Origin: Anaerohalosphaeraceae bacterium
GTDB taxonomy: Bacteria; Planctomycetota; Phycisphaerae; Sedimentisphaerales; Anaerohalosphaeraceae
DNA: 64,000 bases
Assembly: GCA_963675525.2 (NCBI GenBank)
Contig: CAXXSL010000016.1
Span: 288,001 to 352,000 of the forward strand
Direction of reading: 5' to 3'
Position 1 is the first letter of the stretch. Every line of letters begins with the position of its first letter. Positions 33,155 to 44,769 of the stretch are shown here, piece by piece. Below the pieces are notes generated by a model. That model was not told the DNA's origin and did not search any database. It worked only from the letters and a program-made list of their open reading frames with translations. A program made the position numbers and the translations under genes.

Positions 33155-33257
33155 GTGATCTTTGTGTTGCCGTCTTCGAAAAACAGCCCATATCGCATGA
33201 TTTGACTCATTGGTACACACTGCCGGTTCAACAATTGCCGACATAAATAAAAACCGC

Positions 33258-34214
33258 TTACCACCAGAACCACATCCCCTGTGAATACTGATGCTCGACA
33301 TTCTCAAATGATGCCTCCGTCGGAACATAATTGCCGGCCGATTTCCATCCGGCATGACCATCTGCAAAAGCAATATTCATGCCATCCGGTTTGGGCCCGG
33401 AATTCGTACCAGTACCTACCGATTGACGTGACAAATGATTAGTATCATCCGTCACAGTATTACTACTCAAATTCCATAATCCGCCTTGTATGTCCGAGAA
33501 CTGCCAATTGTTCCCGGCGCTGATAATCGCATCCAAAATAATCGGCTTTGAGCCGGCGGATTTTGCGTTAGAAAACCTTCTAACAACAGCCTTTTCCATA
33601 GGCTGCCCATTGACTTTGGTATAGGCGAGCCCTGAATTCGACCGGGGATCATACAAAGATATTCCGCTATTATGTTCCTTAACATATCGATCAAGAAGAT
33701 AAAGGTACGGTGCGACACGAAAGCTTGCCCGCTGTTGACTTATGTTCAACACGGTTTCATCTGCAAGGGGTTGAGTACTGGGACCGCGAGACGGAGGATT
33801 TGGACCAGACCAGACAAACTGCCACCACAGACTATCGTCCGGCTTTCGCATTTTATTCGACGGGCAGGTAAAAATCCGGGTATCTTCTTTCTCAAAGCCG
33901 GCATATTCACATAACTGATTCGTAAACCAAAAACTAACATCCCAAAACCAGCCACCCCCAATAGTAACATTTGTATTTGGTGGCGTCCCGCTTATGCTAT
34001 AAGGAACAGGGTTCGGCGCATAACTATCATTTTCATTAGCATAAAGTGTAATCCCAAGTCCTTGTTGTCGGACATGATTCGCGCAGATAACTCGTTGGGC
34101 ATAGACTTTCGCTTTCCCCAACGCCGGAAGAATTACGGCAAGGAGCAAGGCGATAATAGCAATGACCACCAGCAATTCAATTAATGTAAATCCAGTATCC
34201 TTTTTTAATTTCAT
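33258..34214 (-). CDS. Prepilin-type N-terminal cleavage/methylation protein with H-X-N..F.DGH C-terminal motif
   Basis: MKLKKDTGFTLIELLVVIAIIALL; NH...GMNIAFADGH. Confidence 0.9.
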   Translation of the reverse strand: MKLKKDTGFTLIELLVVIAIIALLLAVILPALGKAKVYAQRVICANHVRQQGLGITLYANENDSYAPNPVPYSISGTPPNTNVTIGGGWFWDVSFWFTNQLCEYAGFEKEDTRIFTCPSNKMRKPDDSLWWQFVWSGPNPPSRGPSTQPLADETVLNISQQRASFRVAPYLYLLDRYVKEHNSGISLYDPRSNSGLAYTKVNGQPMEKAVVRRFSNAKSAGSKPIILDAIISAGNNWQFSDIQGGLWNLSSNTVTDDTNHLSRQSVGTGTNSGPKPDGMNIAFADGHAGWKSAGNYVPTEASFENVEHQYSQGMWFWW

Positions 34215-34837
34215 AACGCTTAACTCCGCATAAATGATTTGTTCTTCCCTTATTCCCGTAAACCACAATCTTTGCGAGGTTTTAAAACCTGCATTGAATT
34301 CCTTATTAGTCTCTCTTGGCCGCCTGCTTGGTAAAAAAAATGTTTCGCTCCGGTTTAATCAACAAAACAGACATCGGACAAAAATCAGTCCCATCATCCG
34401 AGTCAATCATAAACGCCATGCTGTACCACCTCGTTATATAAGTCCTCCTGAAGATACTATTATGCGGGAGAACGTCGTTAAAAACAAGTCCATATTGCGT
34501 TAAAATATAACCGGTTTGCGCAAAAGCGTTTTTTTATATAACTATAATCACTTATCACGCGAAAAGTTTTGATTTTTACTAAAACTTGTTCCATCAATTA
34601 TAGAATGTCAGAAGAATAAATATTTAGTCGATTTTTCGCTAATATTGACTGATTTTTTTGTTTTTTATGTAAGATTCCTGCGATTTTTGACCGTTTGAAA
34701 TCATCTGATCCCCGTCCTTGCTCATTGACCGCTGTTTTTGCTGAAAATCGTTGTTTTTTGACTGTTTTTGTGGTAATCATTGGGTTTAGAAATAGATTTC
34801 TGAACCCAAAACACATAATCTAGACAGAGGTTTACCC

Positions 34838-36811
34838 ATGGCACAGACACTGACATACAAAATTCTTCAAAAACACCTGGTCGAGGGCGAATTAAAACAG
34901 GGTCAGCCAATCGGCATCCGCATTGACCAGACCCTAACACAGGACGCCACGGGCACCACCGCTTTTCTTCTGTTTGAATCGATGGGCACCGCCCGGGTCC
35001 AGACCGAGTTGTCGGTAAGCTATGTTGACCATAACATGAGCCAGTTTGGCCCGGAAAATCACAATGACCACCTCTATCTGCAAACGATTGCCGCCAAAAG
35101 CGGCGTGTATCATTCGCGGCCAGGCAATGGAATCTGTCACCAGGTTCATCTGGAGCGATTCGGCAAACCCGGCGCGACGCTGCTGGGAAGCGACTCGCAC
35201 ACACCAACCGGCGGCGGGGTCGGGATGCTGGCCATTGGAGCCGGCGGGATGGATGTGGCGGTTGCGATGGGCGGCGGCCCGTTCTATCTGGCCTGTCCGA
35301 AAGTCATCGGGGTGGAACTGACGGGGATACTACCTGAATGGGTGGCCGCAAAAGATATTATTCTGAAGCTGCTGAGCATTCTGACAACCAAAGGAAACGT
35401 CGGCTGTGTGGTGGAATATTTCGGCAAAGGCGTTGAGACCCTTTCCGTGCCGCAGCGCGCCACGATCACGAATATGGGTGCCGAACTGGGCGTGACGAGC
35501 AGTCTTTTCCCCAGCGATGAGAAAACGCTTGAATTCCTTGAACTGCAGGGGCGTGAAAAAGTCTATACACCGCTGCATCCGGACCCGGAAGCACCTTATG
35601 ACCGTGTTATTCAAATCAATCTTTCCGATCTGGAACCGATGGCGGCGTGTCCGTCTTCGCCGGACAATATCGCCCCGATTTCGGAGATCGCCGGACGCAA
35701 AATTCATCAGGTGGTCATCGGAAGCTGCACGAACTCCAGCTATATGGATATGATGATGGTCGCCGAGGCGCTCAAAGGCCGTAAGATCGACGCGATGGTC
35801 GAGTTGGGCATCGCTCCCGGCAGCAAGCAGGTCCTGCAGATGCTGGCGGAAAACGGGGCACTGGCCAACCTGATCGCAGCGGGCGCTCGCCTCGTTGAGT
35901 CCGGCTGCGGACCGTGTATCGGGCAGGGGTTTTCTCCGGCCAGTGGTACCGTTACGCTGCGAACATTCAACCGAAACTTCGCAGGACGAACCGGCAGCAA
36001 AGGCGACCAGTGCTACCTTGTCAGTCCGGAAACAGCGGTGGCCTCTGCGATCATGGGTGAAATCGCTGACCCGCGCGATTTGAAAAATATGATGGGTCTG
36101 AGCTATCCGAAGATCAAGTCTCCCAAAGAATTTCTGATTGACGACAGCATGATCGAAAAACCGGTGCCCGCCGACCAAGCCAGCAAGGTCGAAGTACTCC
36201 GAGGGCCAACCATCGTCGTGCCCGAATCACCGAAACCGTTGTCGGAAAATCTCAGCGGCCGTGTTCTGCTGAAATGCAAAGATAAGATCACAACGGACCA
36301 TATTATGCCTGCCGGAGTGTTCTTGAAATACCGTTCTAATGTGCCGGAGTATTCAAAGTACGTGTTTAACTGCTTTAATGAAGAAGGCAGGCCGACCTTT
36401 GCCGAAAGCGGACTGGCACTGAAAAAAGAAGGCCTCGGCGGGATCGTGGTTGCCGGTGACAGTTACGGCCAGGGCTCCAGCCGGGAACACGCAGCCTTGT
36501 GCCCGATGTATCTGGGTGTTCGCGCGGTGATCGCCAAAAGCATCGAGCGCATTCATAAGGCCAACCTGATCAACTTCTGCATTGTACCGATCGAGTTCGA
36601 CAACCCGGATGATTATGACAGGATCAATCCCGACGATCAGATTGAAATAGCGGACCTGCAGGATGCGGTCAAATACAATGATTCGGTTACGCTGATCGAC
36701 AAAACCGCCGGGTTTGAGTTTACGGGTAAACTGACACTGTCGGCACGCGACCGTGATATCCTGCTGGCGGGCGGTTTACTGGCCTATACGAAAAAGGCTG
36801 CTAAGCGATGA
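34838..36811 (+). CDS. Aconitate hydratase (short type)
   Basis: QDATGT, DHN, GICHQ, DSHT, GSCTN, CGPCIG, TFNRNF, ITTDHI, GSSREHA. Confidence 0.92.
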   Translation: MAQTLTYKILQKHLVEGELKQGQPIGIRIDQTLTQDATGTTAFLLFESMGTARVQTELSVSYVDHNMSQFGPENHNDHLYLQTIAAKSGVYHSRPGNGICHQVHLERFGKPGATLLGSDSHTPTGGGVGMLAIGAGGMDVAVAMGGGPFYLACPKVIGVELTGILPEWVAAKDIILKLLSILTTKGNVGCVVEYFGKGVETLSVPQRATITNMGAELGVTSSLFPSDEKTLEFLELQGREKVYTPLHPDPEAPYDRVIQINLSDLEPMAACPSSPDNIAPISEIAGRKIHQVVIGSCTNSSYMDMMMVAEALKGRKIDAMVELGIAPGSKQVLQMLAENGALANLIAAGARLVESGCGPCIGQGFSPASGTVTLRTFNRNFAGRTGSKGDQCYLVSPETAVASAIMGEIADPRDLKNMMGLSYPKIKSPKEFLIDDSMIEKPVPADQASKVEVLRGPTIVVPESPKPLSENLSGRVLLKCKDKITTDHIMPAGVFLKYRSNVPEYSKYVFNCFNEEGRPTFAESGLALKKEGLGGIVVAGDSYGQGSSREHAALCPMYLGVRAVIAKSIERIHKANLINFCIVPIEFDNPDDYDRINPDDQIEIADLQDAVKYNDSVTLIDKTAGFEFTGKLTLSARDRDILLAGGLLAYTKKAAKR

Positions 36812-37354
36812 CCCACAATCAAAACATTGTGACGGTCTTTGGCACCAGCAAGGCTGCTCCGGGTGATTCGGTTTTTGAGCTAGCCGAAAGCGTGGGCCGA
36901 TTACTAGCGGAAAATGGGCTTACTATCGCCAATGGCGGCTACGGCGGAACGATGCTGGCGGCGGCTAAAGGTGCTGCCGAGGCCGGCGGAAAGGTGATCG
37001 GCGTGACGTGCCGGGCTTTTAAACGCGGAAAAGCCAATGAATACGTTACCGAAGAGGTCCAAACCGACTGTTTGGCCGAGCGGCTGGGTAAATTGGTCGA
37101 ACTGGGCGATGCCTACCTCGTCCTGCCCGGGGGCACCGGTACCCTGCTGGAACTGGCCGATGTCTGGGAGCATAAAAATAAAGGATTTTCAAATGCCGAC
37201 AAACCGATTATACTGGTAGGCGTGTTCTGGCAGCCGCTAGTGGGCATGATGGTCGCCGCAGATACTGACAGCGTCGAGCACATTGAGTGTGCCGAAACCG
37301 GCAGAAGACGCAGTTGAACTTTTAAAAATGAACCTGGATATAACGCGATTATGA
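36808..37354 (+). CDS. LOG family protein; probable frameshift near 37300
   Basis: GGYGGTM, PGGTGTLLEL; the corrected frame ends in an ATGA overlap with the next gene. Confidence 0.8.
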
Positions 37355-38151
37355 TGACGTTAAAAAAAATTATCCTGTTGTTGACATATATCGGTCTTGC
37401 ACTACCAGCAGCAGCCAAAACCATCATCGAAGAGGGGTTTATTATTGACGGCGTCGAGGGTATCGTCCGCAAGGTCGAAAAGGTCGATGTATGGAATTTC
37501 ATCCCCGAGACTAAAATAACGACACCTAAGGGGACATTGCCCGCCAACAACCCCATCAGCCTGCTGCCCTGTTCGACCCTGGAACAGATCTCCTTGCTGG
37601 CCGGAGGTGACAACAAAATCCATGTGCGTCTGTGGGGGATGTTCACCGAGTACGACGGGAACAATTATTTGCTGAGTGTGTACTTTCTACCGATCAGCGA
37701 GGATGCCGAAGTCAAGCCGGCAAAGGGCGATGAGTCCACCGGCAACAAAGATGAAAAGGCTGCGGCCGATAAGGACAAAGACGAAGAAGACTCGATCATT
37801 CCAACCGACATTCTCAAGCAAATCAAATCAACCAAGACCCCGGACCTGGAAAAATTTCAGCAGATCGCCAAGGTTGCCGGCGATACCAACTTGATTGGCC
37901 GGGCCGGACACCTGAAGAAAGAAGGCAAGTTGAAATATTTTCAGCCGAATGCTTTCGGTTATAACGTCAATCCCAGCAAATATATTCTGCTTCCGTGTAA
38001 AACGCTTAAATCTGCGGAAAAGCAAATGGGTAAATCGCCGGGCCGGCAGCGTTATGACGTCTCCGGATTGGTCACCGTTTATAAGGGACGTCAGTATCTC
38101 CTGCTTCGCCGAACCGTGCGGACCTATACAAACGGGAATTTTACACAATAG
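37351..38151 (+). CDS. Hypothetical exported protein with two internal repeats
   Basis: Signal peptide; LLPCSTL...G..TEY...YLL and LLPCKTL...G.VTVY...YLL. Confidence 0.75.
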   Translation: MMTLKKIILLLTYIGLALPAAAKTIIEEGFIIDGVEGIVRKVEKVDVWNFIPETKITTPKGTLPANNPISLLPCSTLEQISLLAGGDNKIHVRLWGMFTEYDGNNYLLSVYFLPISEDAEVKPAKGDESTGNKDEKAAADKDKDEEDSIIPTDILKQIKSTKTPDLEKFQQIAKVAGDTNLIGRAGHLKKEGKLKYFQPNAFGYNVNPSKYILLPCKTLKSAEKQMGKSPGRQRYDVSGLVTVYKGRQYLLLRRTVRTYTNGNFTQ

Positions 38152-38192
38152 TTTTTGGTGGGCAAGGCCCACTCTACTCTTGAGGGTTTTAA

Positions 38193-39503
38193 GTGGCGAA
38201 TCAATTTGATGAAATTTTGTTTCTGACTTCGGATACGGATTATCCAAAACGAATTCAGCGTTTACAAACCGAACACTCCATGAGCGAGTTTCTCAAAAAT
38301 CGCGGTGAGCTTACTGAAACGGTTCGTCACATCGTTGCTGATGTTGCCGAGCGAGGCGATGCGGCCGTGGCCGAATATACGGAAAAGTTCGACAAGGTCA
38401 AGCTAACCTCCTCTGAATTTCGTGTTCCGGCTGAAGAGCTAAAATTCGCTCACAAGCAATTAGAACCGATGCTACTGGAATCGCTGCGAAAATCGATCGC
38501 TAATGTGCAACACTATCAATCCGAAATTTTTATCGGCAATAAAAATACACATCCGGGCATTCGCTATAGCCCGCTCAGGCGGGTTGCTTTATGCATCCCC
38601 GGTGCCAGTGCCCCGCTGCCGAGCACGGTGATCATGACGGCCGTGCCTGCACAGGTCGCAGGGGTTAAAGAATTAGTTGTACTCAGCCCGCCGCGATATA
38701 AAGGCAGTATCCATCCGGTGATTCTGGGGCTGTGTCACGAACTGGGAATAACGGAAGTCTATCGGCTCGGCGGTGCGCAGGCAGTCGCCGCTGCCGGTTG
38801 GGGCACCGAAACCATCGCCAAGGTTGATAAGATCGTCGGTCCCGGGCATGATGTGGTTCAGCTTGCCAAAAAGGAAGTTTTCGGGCTGGTGGATATGGAT
38901 TCATTTGCCGGGCCGAGCGATGTGCTGATCGTGGCCAATGACAAGGCCAATCCGGCATGGGTGGCCGCCGACATGCTTAGTCAGGCCGAACATAATCCCG
39001 GTGCGGGTATTGTCGTGACGGACTCGAAAGACTTTGCCGAAAAGGTACTGGCCGAACTTGAAATCCAATGCGCCCAATTGAACCGGGCCAAAGGGACCGC
39101 TGAATGCCTGAAAGCCTATAGTGGAATCATCGTCTGTGAAACAATGGACGCAGTCATTGATTGGGCCAATGACTTTGCGGCTGAGCATTTGCAGGTCCAG
39201 TGCGGCAACGGCAAGCAGAGTAAGGATATCAGCAAAAAACTGGTGAATGCGGGCGCGATCTTCATCGGACCCTATACACCGGTGGCGGTCGGCGACTACT
39301 GGGCCGGGCCGAGCCACACTCTGCCGACACGGCAGACCAGCAAATTCTTCAGCGCGGTGACCAGTAACGACTTTGTGAAGTCCAGCAGCATCATTGAATA
39401 CACACAGCAACAGTTAGCCGACGCGGCTGATGATATCATCCGGCTGGCGATGACCGAAGGCCTCGACGCCCACGCCAAAAGCGTACAAAAACGTTTGAAA
39501 TAA
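38193..39503 (+). CDS. hisD: Histidinol dehydrogenase
   Basis: PAQVAGV, GGAQA, VDKIVGPG, AGPS, SQAEH, EHL, GDY.AGPSHTLPT, EGLDAH. Confidence 0.95.
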   Translation: MANQFDEILFLTSDTDYPKRIQRLQTEHSMSEFLKNRGELTETVRHIVADVAERGDAAVAEYTEKFDKVKLTSSEFRVPAEELKFAHKQLEPMLLESLRKSIANVQHYQSEIFIGNKNTHPGIRYSPLRRVALCIPGASAPLPSTVIMTAVPAQVAGVKELVVLSPPRYKGSIHPVILGLCHELGITEVYRLGGAQAVAAAGWGTETIAKVDKIVGPGHDVVQLAKKEVFGLVDMDSFAGPSDVLIVANDKANPAWVAADMLSQAEHNPGAGIVVTDSKDFAEKVLAELEIQCAQLNRAKGTAECLKAYSGIIVCETMDAVIDWANDFAAEHLQVQCGNGKQSKDISKKLVNAGAIFIGPYTPVAVGDYWAGPSHTLPTRQTSKFFSAVTSNDFVKSSSIIEYTQQQLADAADDIIRLAMTEGLDAHAKSVQKRLK

Positions 39504-39528
39504 AAAACAAAGGCAGTGAGAAAGCAAA

Positions 39529-40032
39529 ATGGTTTTCTTCGGATGTATACTATTGACGAACATTCTTGCCAGTGGCTGGAATGATTATGATATTCCGTTG
39601 CAAAGAGAATATCATTTACTTAGAACTAATGCTTATACTATAATGATCTATAAGGAGAGTGAAGGTTTTGTTGTTCCTCCTAAAATAATCGGTTTAGGCA
39701 TTAAGAGAAGTTTAATATATGGCGTATGCGAAAAAATTAAAGAATCTGATATAGAAGGAATTTCCGGTTATTTTTTGTTAGATACGCAGAAATCGATTGC
39801 AAAAGTCGGGCTTACAAAAACAGATTGGTTGGGGGAACTAAAGAAATATAACATCTCAAAAGAACCTATCCTGAAAAAACCGAGTAGGTATTGGAATTTG
39901 GTTAATAATTTCAAGATCGTTCTCTGTGCGTTCCTATCGTGGTGTTTAATCTTTATCGTTATAGCGGTTATTTATAACAGAAAGATGAAAAAACGTCAAT
40001 TTCACCTTGCTCAAATGCCTCCACACGCCTGA
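39529..40032 (+). CDS. AT-rich hypothetical membrane-anchored protein
   Basis: 167-aa ORF with a C-terminal TM helix; visibly lower GC than its neighbours. Confidence 0.65.
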   Translation: MVFFGCILLTNILASGWNDYDIPLQREYHLLRTNAYTIMIYKESEGFVVPPKIIGLGIKRSLIYGVCEKIKESDIEGISGYFLLDTQKSIAKVGLTKTDWLGELKKYNISKEPILKKPSRYWNLVNNFKIVLCAFLSWCLIFIVIAVIYNRKMKKRQFHLAQMPPHA

Positions 40033-40051
40033 AACATCTCAGTAAAATCAA

Positions 40052-40831
40052 TCACACATCCCAGCGTAGTTTTTCTTCGTTGTGGTAGAAGAAGCGTCCC
40101 AAAAAATAGGTATCCATCATCAACAGGTAAAGACCAGATGCTCTGATCACCAACAGGATCAGGAGATTCATCGAACCGCTTTTGACCGCAGACAATCCCA
40201 GAAATAACAGTACGGGCACACAGAATAACAAAACAACAAGAAGATAAGAGAAAAAGGTGCTGAAAATCGACGCGACAATCAAAATGGGATTTAGTGCATT
40301 GATCGTGTCGAATATTACAACGGCCAGTAGAAACATCGGCAGAAAGAAAATTCCTACGCCAAGAATAACCCAAAAAATTCCGTCCCCCGTCTCCGTATAA
40401 TGTCTTAGAATAAAGGCCGGTGCGATACAGATGCAGATTGTCATCGCCATCAGGAAAAACTGACGAAGCCAATCCCAAAACGAATCATCCTGGCTGAATT
40501 CGAAAACATTCGGTGCTTTTATCTGTCCTTCGGCACTGGCGCGGATACAGACAGCCAGATACCAGAATGTCGATAATGAAACGGTCCCTTTTACCAGCAA
40601 TCCAGTCAGGAACATTGCATTTCGAAGGATAGACGGCATCATATACAGCAGAAGAACCCACAAAAATGGTATGCCGGCATAGATGGCGATCACACTCAAA
40701 CCGGGTCCGCTGATTGGATAGGTAAATACCCGAGAAAAGGTTGGCTGTTCGGGTTGTTCTTCAGTTACAATATCCGACTCTTCAACGTCCGGGGCGGCTG
40801 CCATACGCTGTAACATTGTGTTATCAATCAT
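40052..40831 (-). CDS. Hypothetical multi-pass membrane protein
   Basis: About 6 hydrophobic segments; SD-like AAGGGA before ATG 40831. Confidence 0.75.
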   Translation of the reverse strand: MIDNTMLQRMAAAPDVEESDIVTEEQPEQPTFSRVFTYPISGPGLSVIAIYAGIPFLWVLLLYMMPSILRNAMFLTGLLVKGTVSLSTFWYLAVCIRASAEGQIKAPNVFEFSQDDSFWDWLRQFFLMAMTICICIAPAFILRHYTETGDGIFWVILGVGIFFLPMFLLAVVIFDTINALNPILIVASIFSTFFSYLLVVLLFCVPVLLFLGLSAVKSGSMNLLILLVIRASGLYLLMMDTYFLGRFFYHNEEKLRWDV

Positions 40832-40898
40832 ACGAATTCCCTTCTGAGAATGCTTTTTCGTATGCTTAGACGCGCAGACAACAAAAATGTTGCGATTC

Positions 40899-43611
40899 TT
40901 ATGCCAGTTTTTCTCTGATGAATGCGCTGGCCCTGCTGAGAGCATCGTTCAGTTTAGAAGCGTCTTTGCCGCCGGCCTGTGCCATGTCGGGCCGTCCCCC
41001 GCCGCCGCCGCCAACGATCGGGGCGATCTCTTTGACAATATCACCGGCTTTAACACCCTTCTTGATCAGGTCATCAGTAACACCGGCCAGCAGCATCACC
41101 TTGCCGTCTTCAGAGGCAATGCCCAATACGATCACGGCGGATTTGGCCTTTTTCTTCAGGCTGTCGATGGCCGTCCGCGCCTGGTCAACCGGAGCATTTG
41201 GCATCTGACCGATGATCACCGAGGCATCGCCGATCGTCTCAGCCGATTCAAGCAGCTTATTAGACTCGGCCAGTGCATCGGAAGCGGACTTTCCGCCGCC
41301 GGACTTCAGTTCCTTCTTGAGTGCCTTGTTGTCGTCCAGCAGTTTATTGACCCTTGCGGTAATTTGATCCGCGGGAGCTTTGAGGGTTTCGACCAGTTCA
41401 TCCACAACCCGGCTGCGGCCCAGCAGATGCTGCATCAAGCCCGGGCCGGTCAGTGCAGTGATACGACGAACCCCGGCCGAAACACTTTCTTCCTTTTGAA
41501 TCGCAAAGCCGCCTATTTCACCGGTATTGGATACATGCGTGCCGCCGCAGAACTCCTTGCTGAAGGCATCCTTGATCTGGTTTTTATTCGCTGCGCCAAT
41601 CGCCAAAACACGGACCTCGCTGCCGTACTTTTCACCGAACAGGGCCATCGCGCCCAGTTCTTTTGCCTCGTCAATTCCCATAACGGCCGTGGTCACGGGG
41701 AGCCCTTCTTCGATTTTCTCCTGAACAAGGGATTCGACCTGCTGAATCTGTTCGCCGGTCAGCGCCTTGGGGTTCGTGAAATCAAACCGCAGATAGTCCG
41801 GACACACCAGTGACCCCTGCTGTTTGACCGAATCGCCCAGCACGGATTGCAGGGCCCACTGCAGAATATGGGTGGCTGTATGATTTTTTTTGCTGGCCAG
41901 TCGATCCTTATCAACCACAGCCTGCACCTGATCGCCCACCCACAGCGAACCGGATAACAATTTTCCACGATGCAGGACACAATCGGCGATCTTTTCGGTT
42001 GCTTCCACCGCAAACACCGCATCATTGGTTTTGATCATACCGCAGTCGCCCGCCTGCCCGCCGGACTCGGCATAGAAACAGGTCTTGTTCAGAACCAGCC
42101 CTACCGTTCTTTCAGTATCCGTCAACTCGCCTTTGGTCTGAAGGCCGTTTTCGTCGATCCAGCCGACCAGTTTGGCCATGCAGGTTTCGGTTGTGTACTT
42201 ATGAGAATCGTCCGTTGCGGGAAGTTCAACGCCGGTCAGGTTCGATGCCAGCGAACTGGACTTCTGCGCGGCCCGGGCACGCTGCCGCTGCTGGGTCATC
42301 AGGTTCTCAAATTCGTCCACATCCACATTCAGTCCCTGTTCGCGTGCCAAAAGCTGCGTCAAGTCCAGCGGAAAACCATAGGTGTCATACAACTGAAATG
42401 CATCTTCCCCGGAGATCGTTTTATTTTTTGCATCTTTGGCGGCATTCGCAAAAATCTCCAACCCGCGGTCCAGCGTTCGCCCGAACGATGCCTCCTCAGC
42501 CTGAATCACCGACGCAACAAATTCGCGCCGTTCTTTGATCTCGCCGAATGCCTCGCCCATATACCCGACGACCACATCGACCAGTTTGTGCATGAACGGC
42601 TCATGCAGGTCCAGCGAACGTCCAAACCGGCAGGCCCGCCGCAGGATGCGCCGCATCACGTACCCTCGACCATCGTTGCTGGGTGTGACGCCATCGGCGA
42701 TCGCAAAGGTTAATGTACGGATATGGTCAGCGATCACCCGGAAGGCATTATCGGTTTTGCTGCCGAGCTTTGACGTATATTGTTTGCCGGACAGTTTTTC
42801 CACCGCTCGAGATGATCGGCATAAACAAGTCGGTATCATAATTGCTCTGCTTTTTCTGCAGAACGGCGGTGATCCGCTCCAACCCCGCACCGGTATCGAC
42901 ATAACTGGCATTGAGTTTCTCCAGGACGCCATCAGGCTTGCGGTTGTATTGGATGAACACCAGGTTCCACAATTCAATAAAGCGGCTGCATCCGGCGTTA
43001 ACGGCACATTGGTGCCCCGGAACATGCTGCATATCACAGCGATCGGGGCCAAGGTCGATATGGATCTCACTGCACGGACCGCAGGGGCCGTTGGCTCCCA
43101 TCTCCCAGAAGTTGTCTTTCTTGCCGCAGAATAAAACACGCTCTTTCGGCAGCGGCGTCAGTGTTGTCCAAAGCTCGGCCGCCTCCGTATCGGCAGGACA
43201 ATGATCTTTATCGTCGCCTTTAAAAACCGTCGCCCACAGCAGGTCCGGATCGATCTTATAGACCCCGGTCAACAACTCCCAGGCCCACTGGATCGCTTCG
43301 GCCTTGAAATAATCATCGAACGACCAGTTGCCCAGCATCTCGAAGAACGTGTGATGATAGGTGTCGATGCCGACTTCTTCTAGGTCATTGTGCTTGCCGG
43401 ACACGCGAATGCATTTCTGGCTGTTCACGGCACGGCGAAATGCCGGAGCACGATGGCCCAGGAAAAACTCCTTGAACTGGTTCATGCCCGCATTGGTGAA
43501 CAACAACGAATCATCACCGATGGGCACGACCGGCCAGCTCGGGATGAACAGATGTTCCTTGTCCTTAAAAAATTCAATGAACGCGCTTCGAATTTCCTGA
43601 CTTGTCAGCAC
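40899..43611 (-). CDS. alaS: Alanine--tRNA ligase; one frameshift near 42810
   Basis: [55 protein letters not shown] split over two frames. Confidence 0.95.
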
Positions 43612-43636
43612 AGTGTTGCTCTTTCAATACAAATTA

Positions 43637-44701
43637 CTATTTAGTTTCTTCTGCCTCGATCAACCCCTTGGCAACAAGGACCTTCTGCTTGATCTCGTCC
43701 AGCAATTCCGGGTTATCCATAAAGAATTGTTTGCTGTTTTCACGACCCTGACCAAGTTTGACGTTGCCGTAGTTAAACCACGCCCCGCTCTTGTTGACAA
43801 TATCATTCTCAACGGCCAAATCCAGCAAATCGCCTTCATAACTGATGCCATGATCGAACATAATGTCAAACTCAGCGGTCCTGAACGGTGCCGCCACTTT
43901 GTTTTTTACCACACGGGCCCGAACGCGATTACCAACCGCCTCATCGCCACTGCTCTTGATCGTTGAAATACGGCGCACATCCAGACGGACCGAACTGTAA
44001 AACTTCAGCGCGTTTCCGCCGCTGGTGGTTTCGGGGTTACCGAACATCACGCCGATTTTCATACGAATCTGATTAATAAAGACCAGACAGGTTTTGCTCT
44101 TGGAGATCACACCGGTCAGCTTCCGCAGGGCCTGGCTCATCAGCCGTGCCTGCAGACCGACGTGGGACTGGCCCATTTCACCCTGCAGCTCGGCGGCAGG
44201 CACCAGGGCCGCTACCGAATCGATAACAATAATGTCGACAGCATTGGACTTGATCAGCATTTCAGCAATATCCAGCGCTTGTTCGCCGGTATCCGGCTGG
44301 CTGATCAGCAAACCGCTGATATCCACACCCAGCTTCTTAGCCCATGTCGTATCCAGTGCGTGTTCAGCATCAATAAAAGCCGCCACACCGCCAAGCTTCT
44401 GAGCATTGGCGATCGCATGCAGCGCCAGCGTCGTCTTGCCGGATGATTCCGGTCCGTAAAATTCAACCACACGTCCGCGCGGAATACCCTTGCCGCCCAG
44501 CGCGATATCCAGCGACAGCGCGCCCGTTGGAATCCCCTCGATCTTGCGATGCTGTGATTCATCCATTTTCATGATCGAACCGTCGCCGTACTGCTTCTCG
44601 ATCTGGGCAATCGCACGATCCAGTGCATCGTTTTTTGAGCCGCCGGCTCTAAGGGGTACCACTTGCCGTTTTGTCTCTGCTTTCTTTTTTGTCTTGGCCA
44701 T
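43637..44701 (-). CDS. recA: Recombinase RecA
   Basis: [33 protein letters not shown]. Confidence 0.98.
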   Translation of the reverse strand: MAKTKKKAETKRQVVPLRAGGSKNDALDRAIAQIEKQYGDGSIMKMDESQHRKIEGIPTGALSLDIALGGKGIPRGRVVEFYGPESSGKTTLALHAIANAQKLGGVAAFIDAEHALDTTWAKKLGVDISGLLISQPDTGEQALDIAEMLIKSNAVDIIVIDSVAALVPAAELQGEMGQSHVGLQARLMSQALRKLTGVISKSKTCLVFINQIRMKIGVMFGNPETTSGGNALKFYSSVRLDVRRISTIKSSGDEAVGNRVRARVVKNKVAAPFRTAEFDIMFDHGISYEGDLLDLAVENDIVNKSGAWFNYGNVKLGQGRENSKQFFMDNPELLDEIKQKVLVAKGLIEAEETK

Positions 44702-44769
44702 ATTCAATCTCCTCTTCGCTCTCTAAAAAATCATCCTTACAAGATTATTGTTTCATAACACTTTAATGT

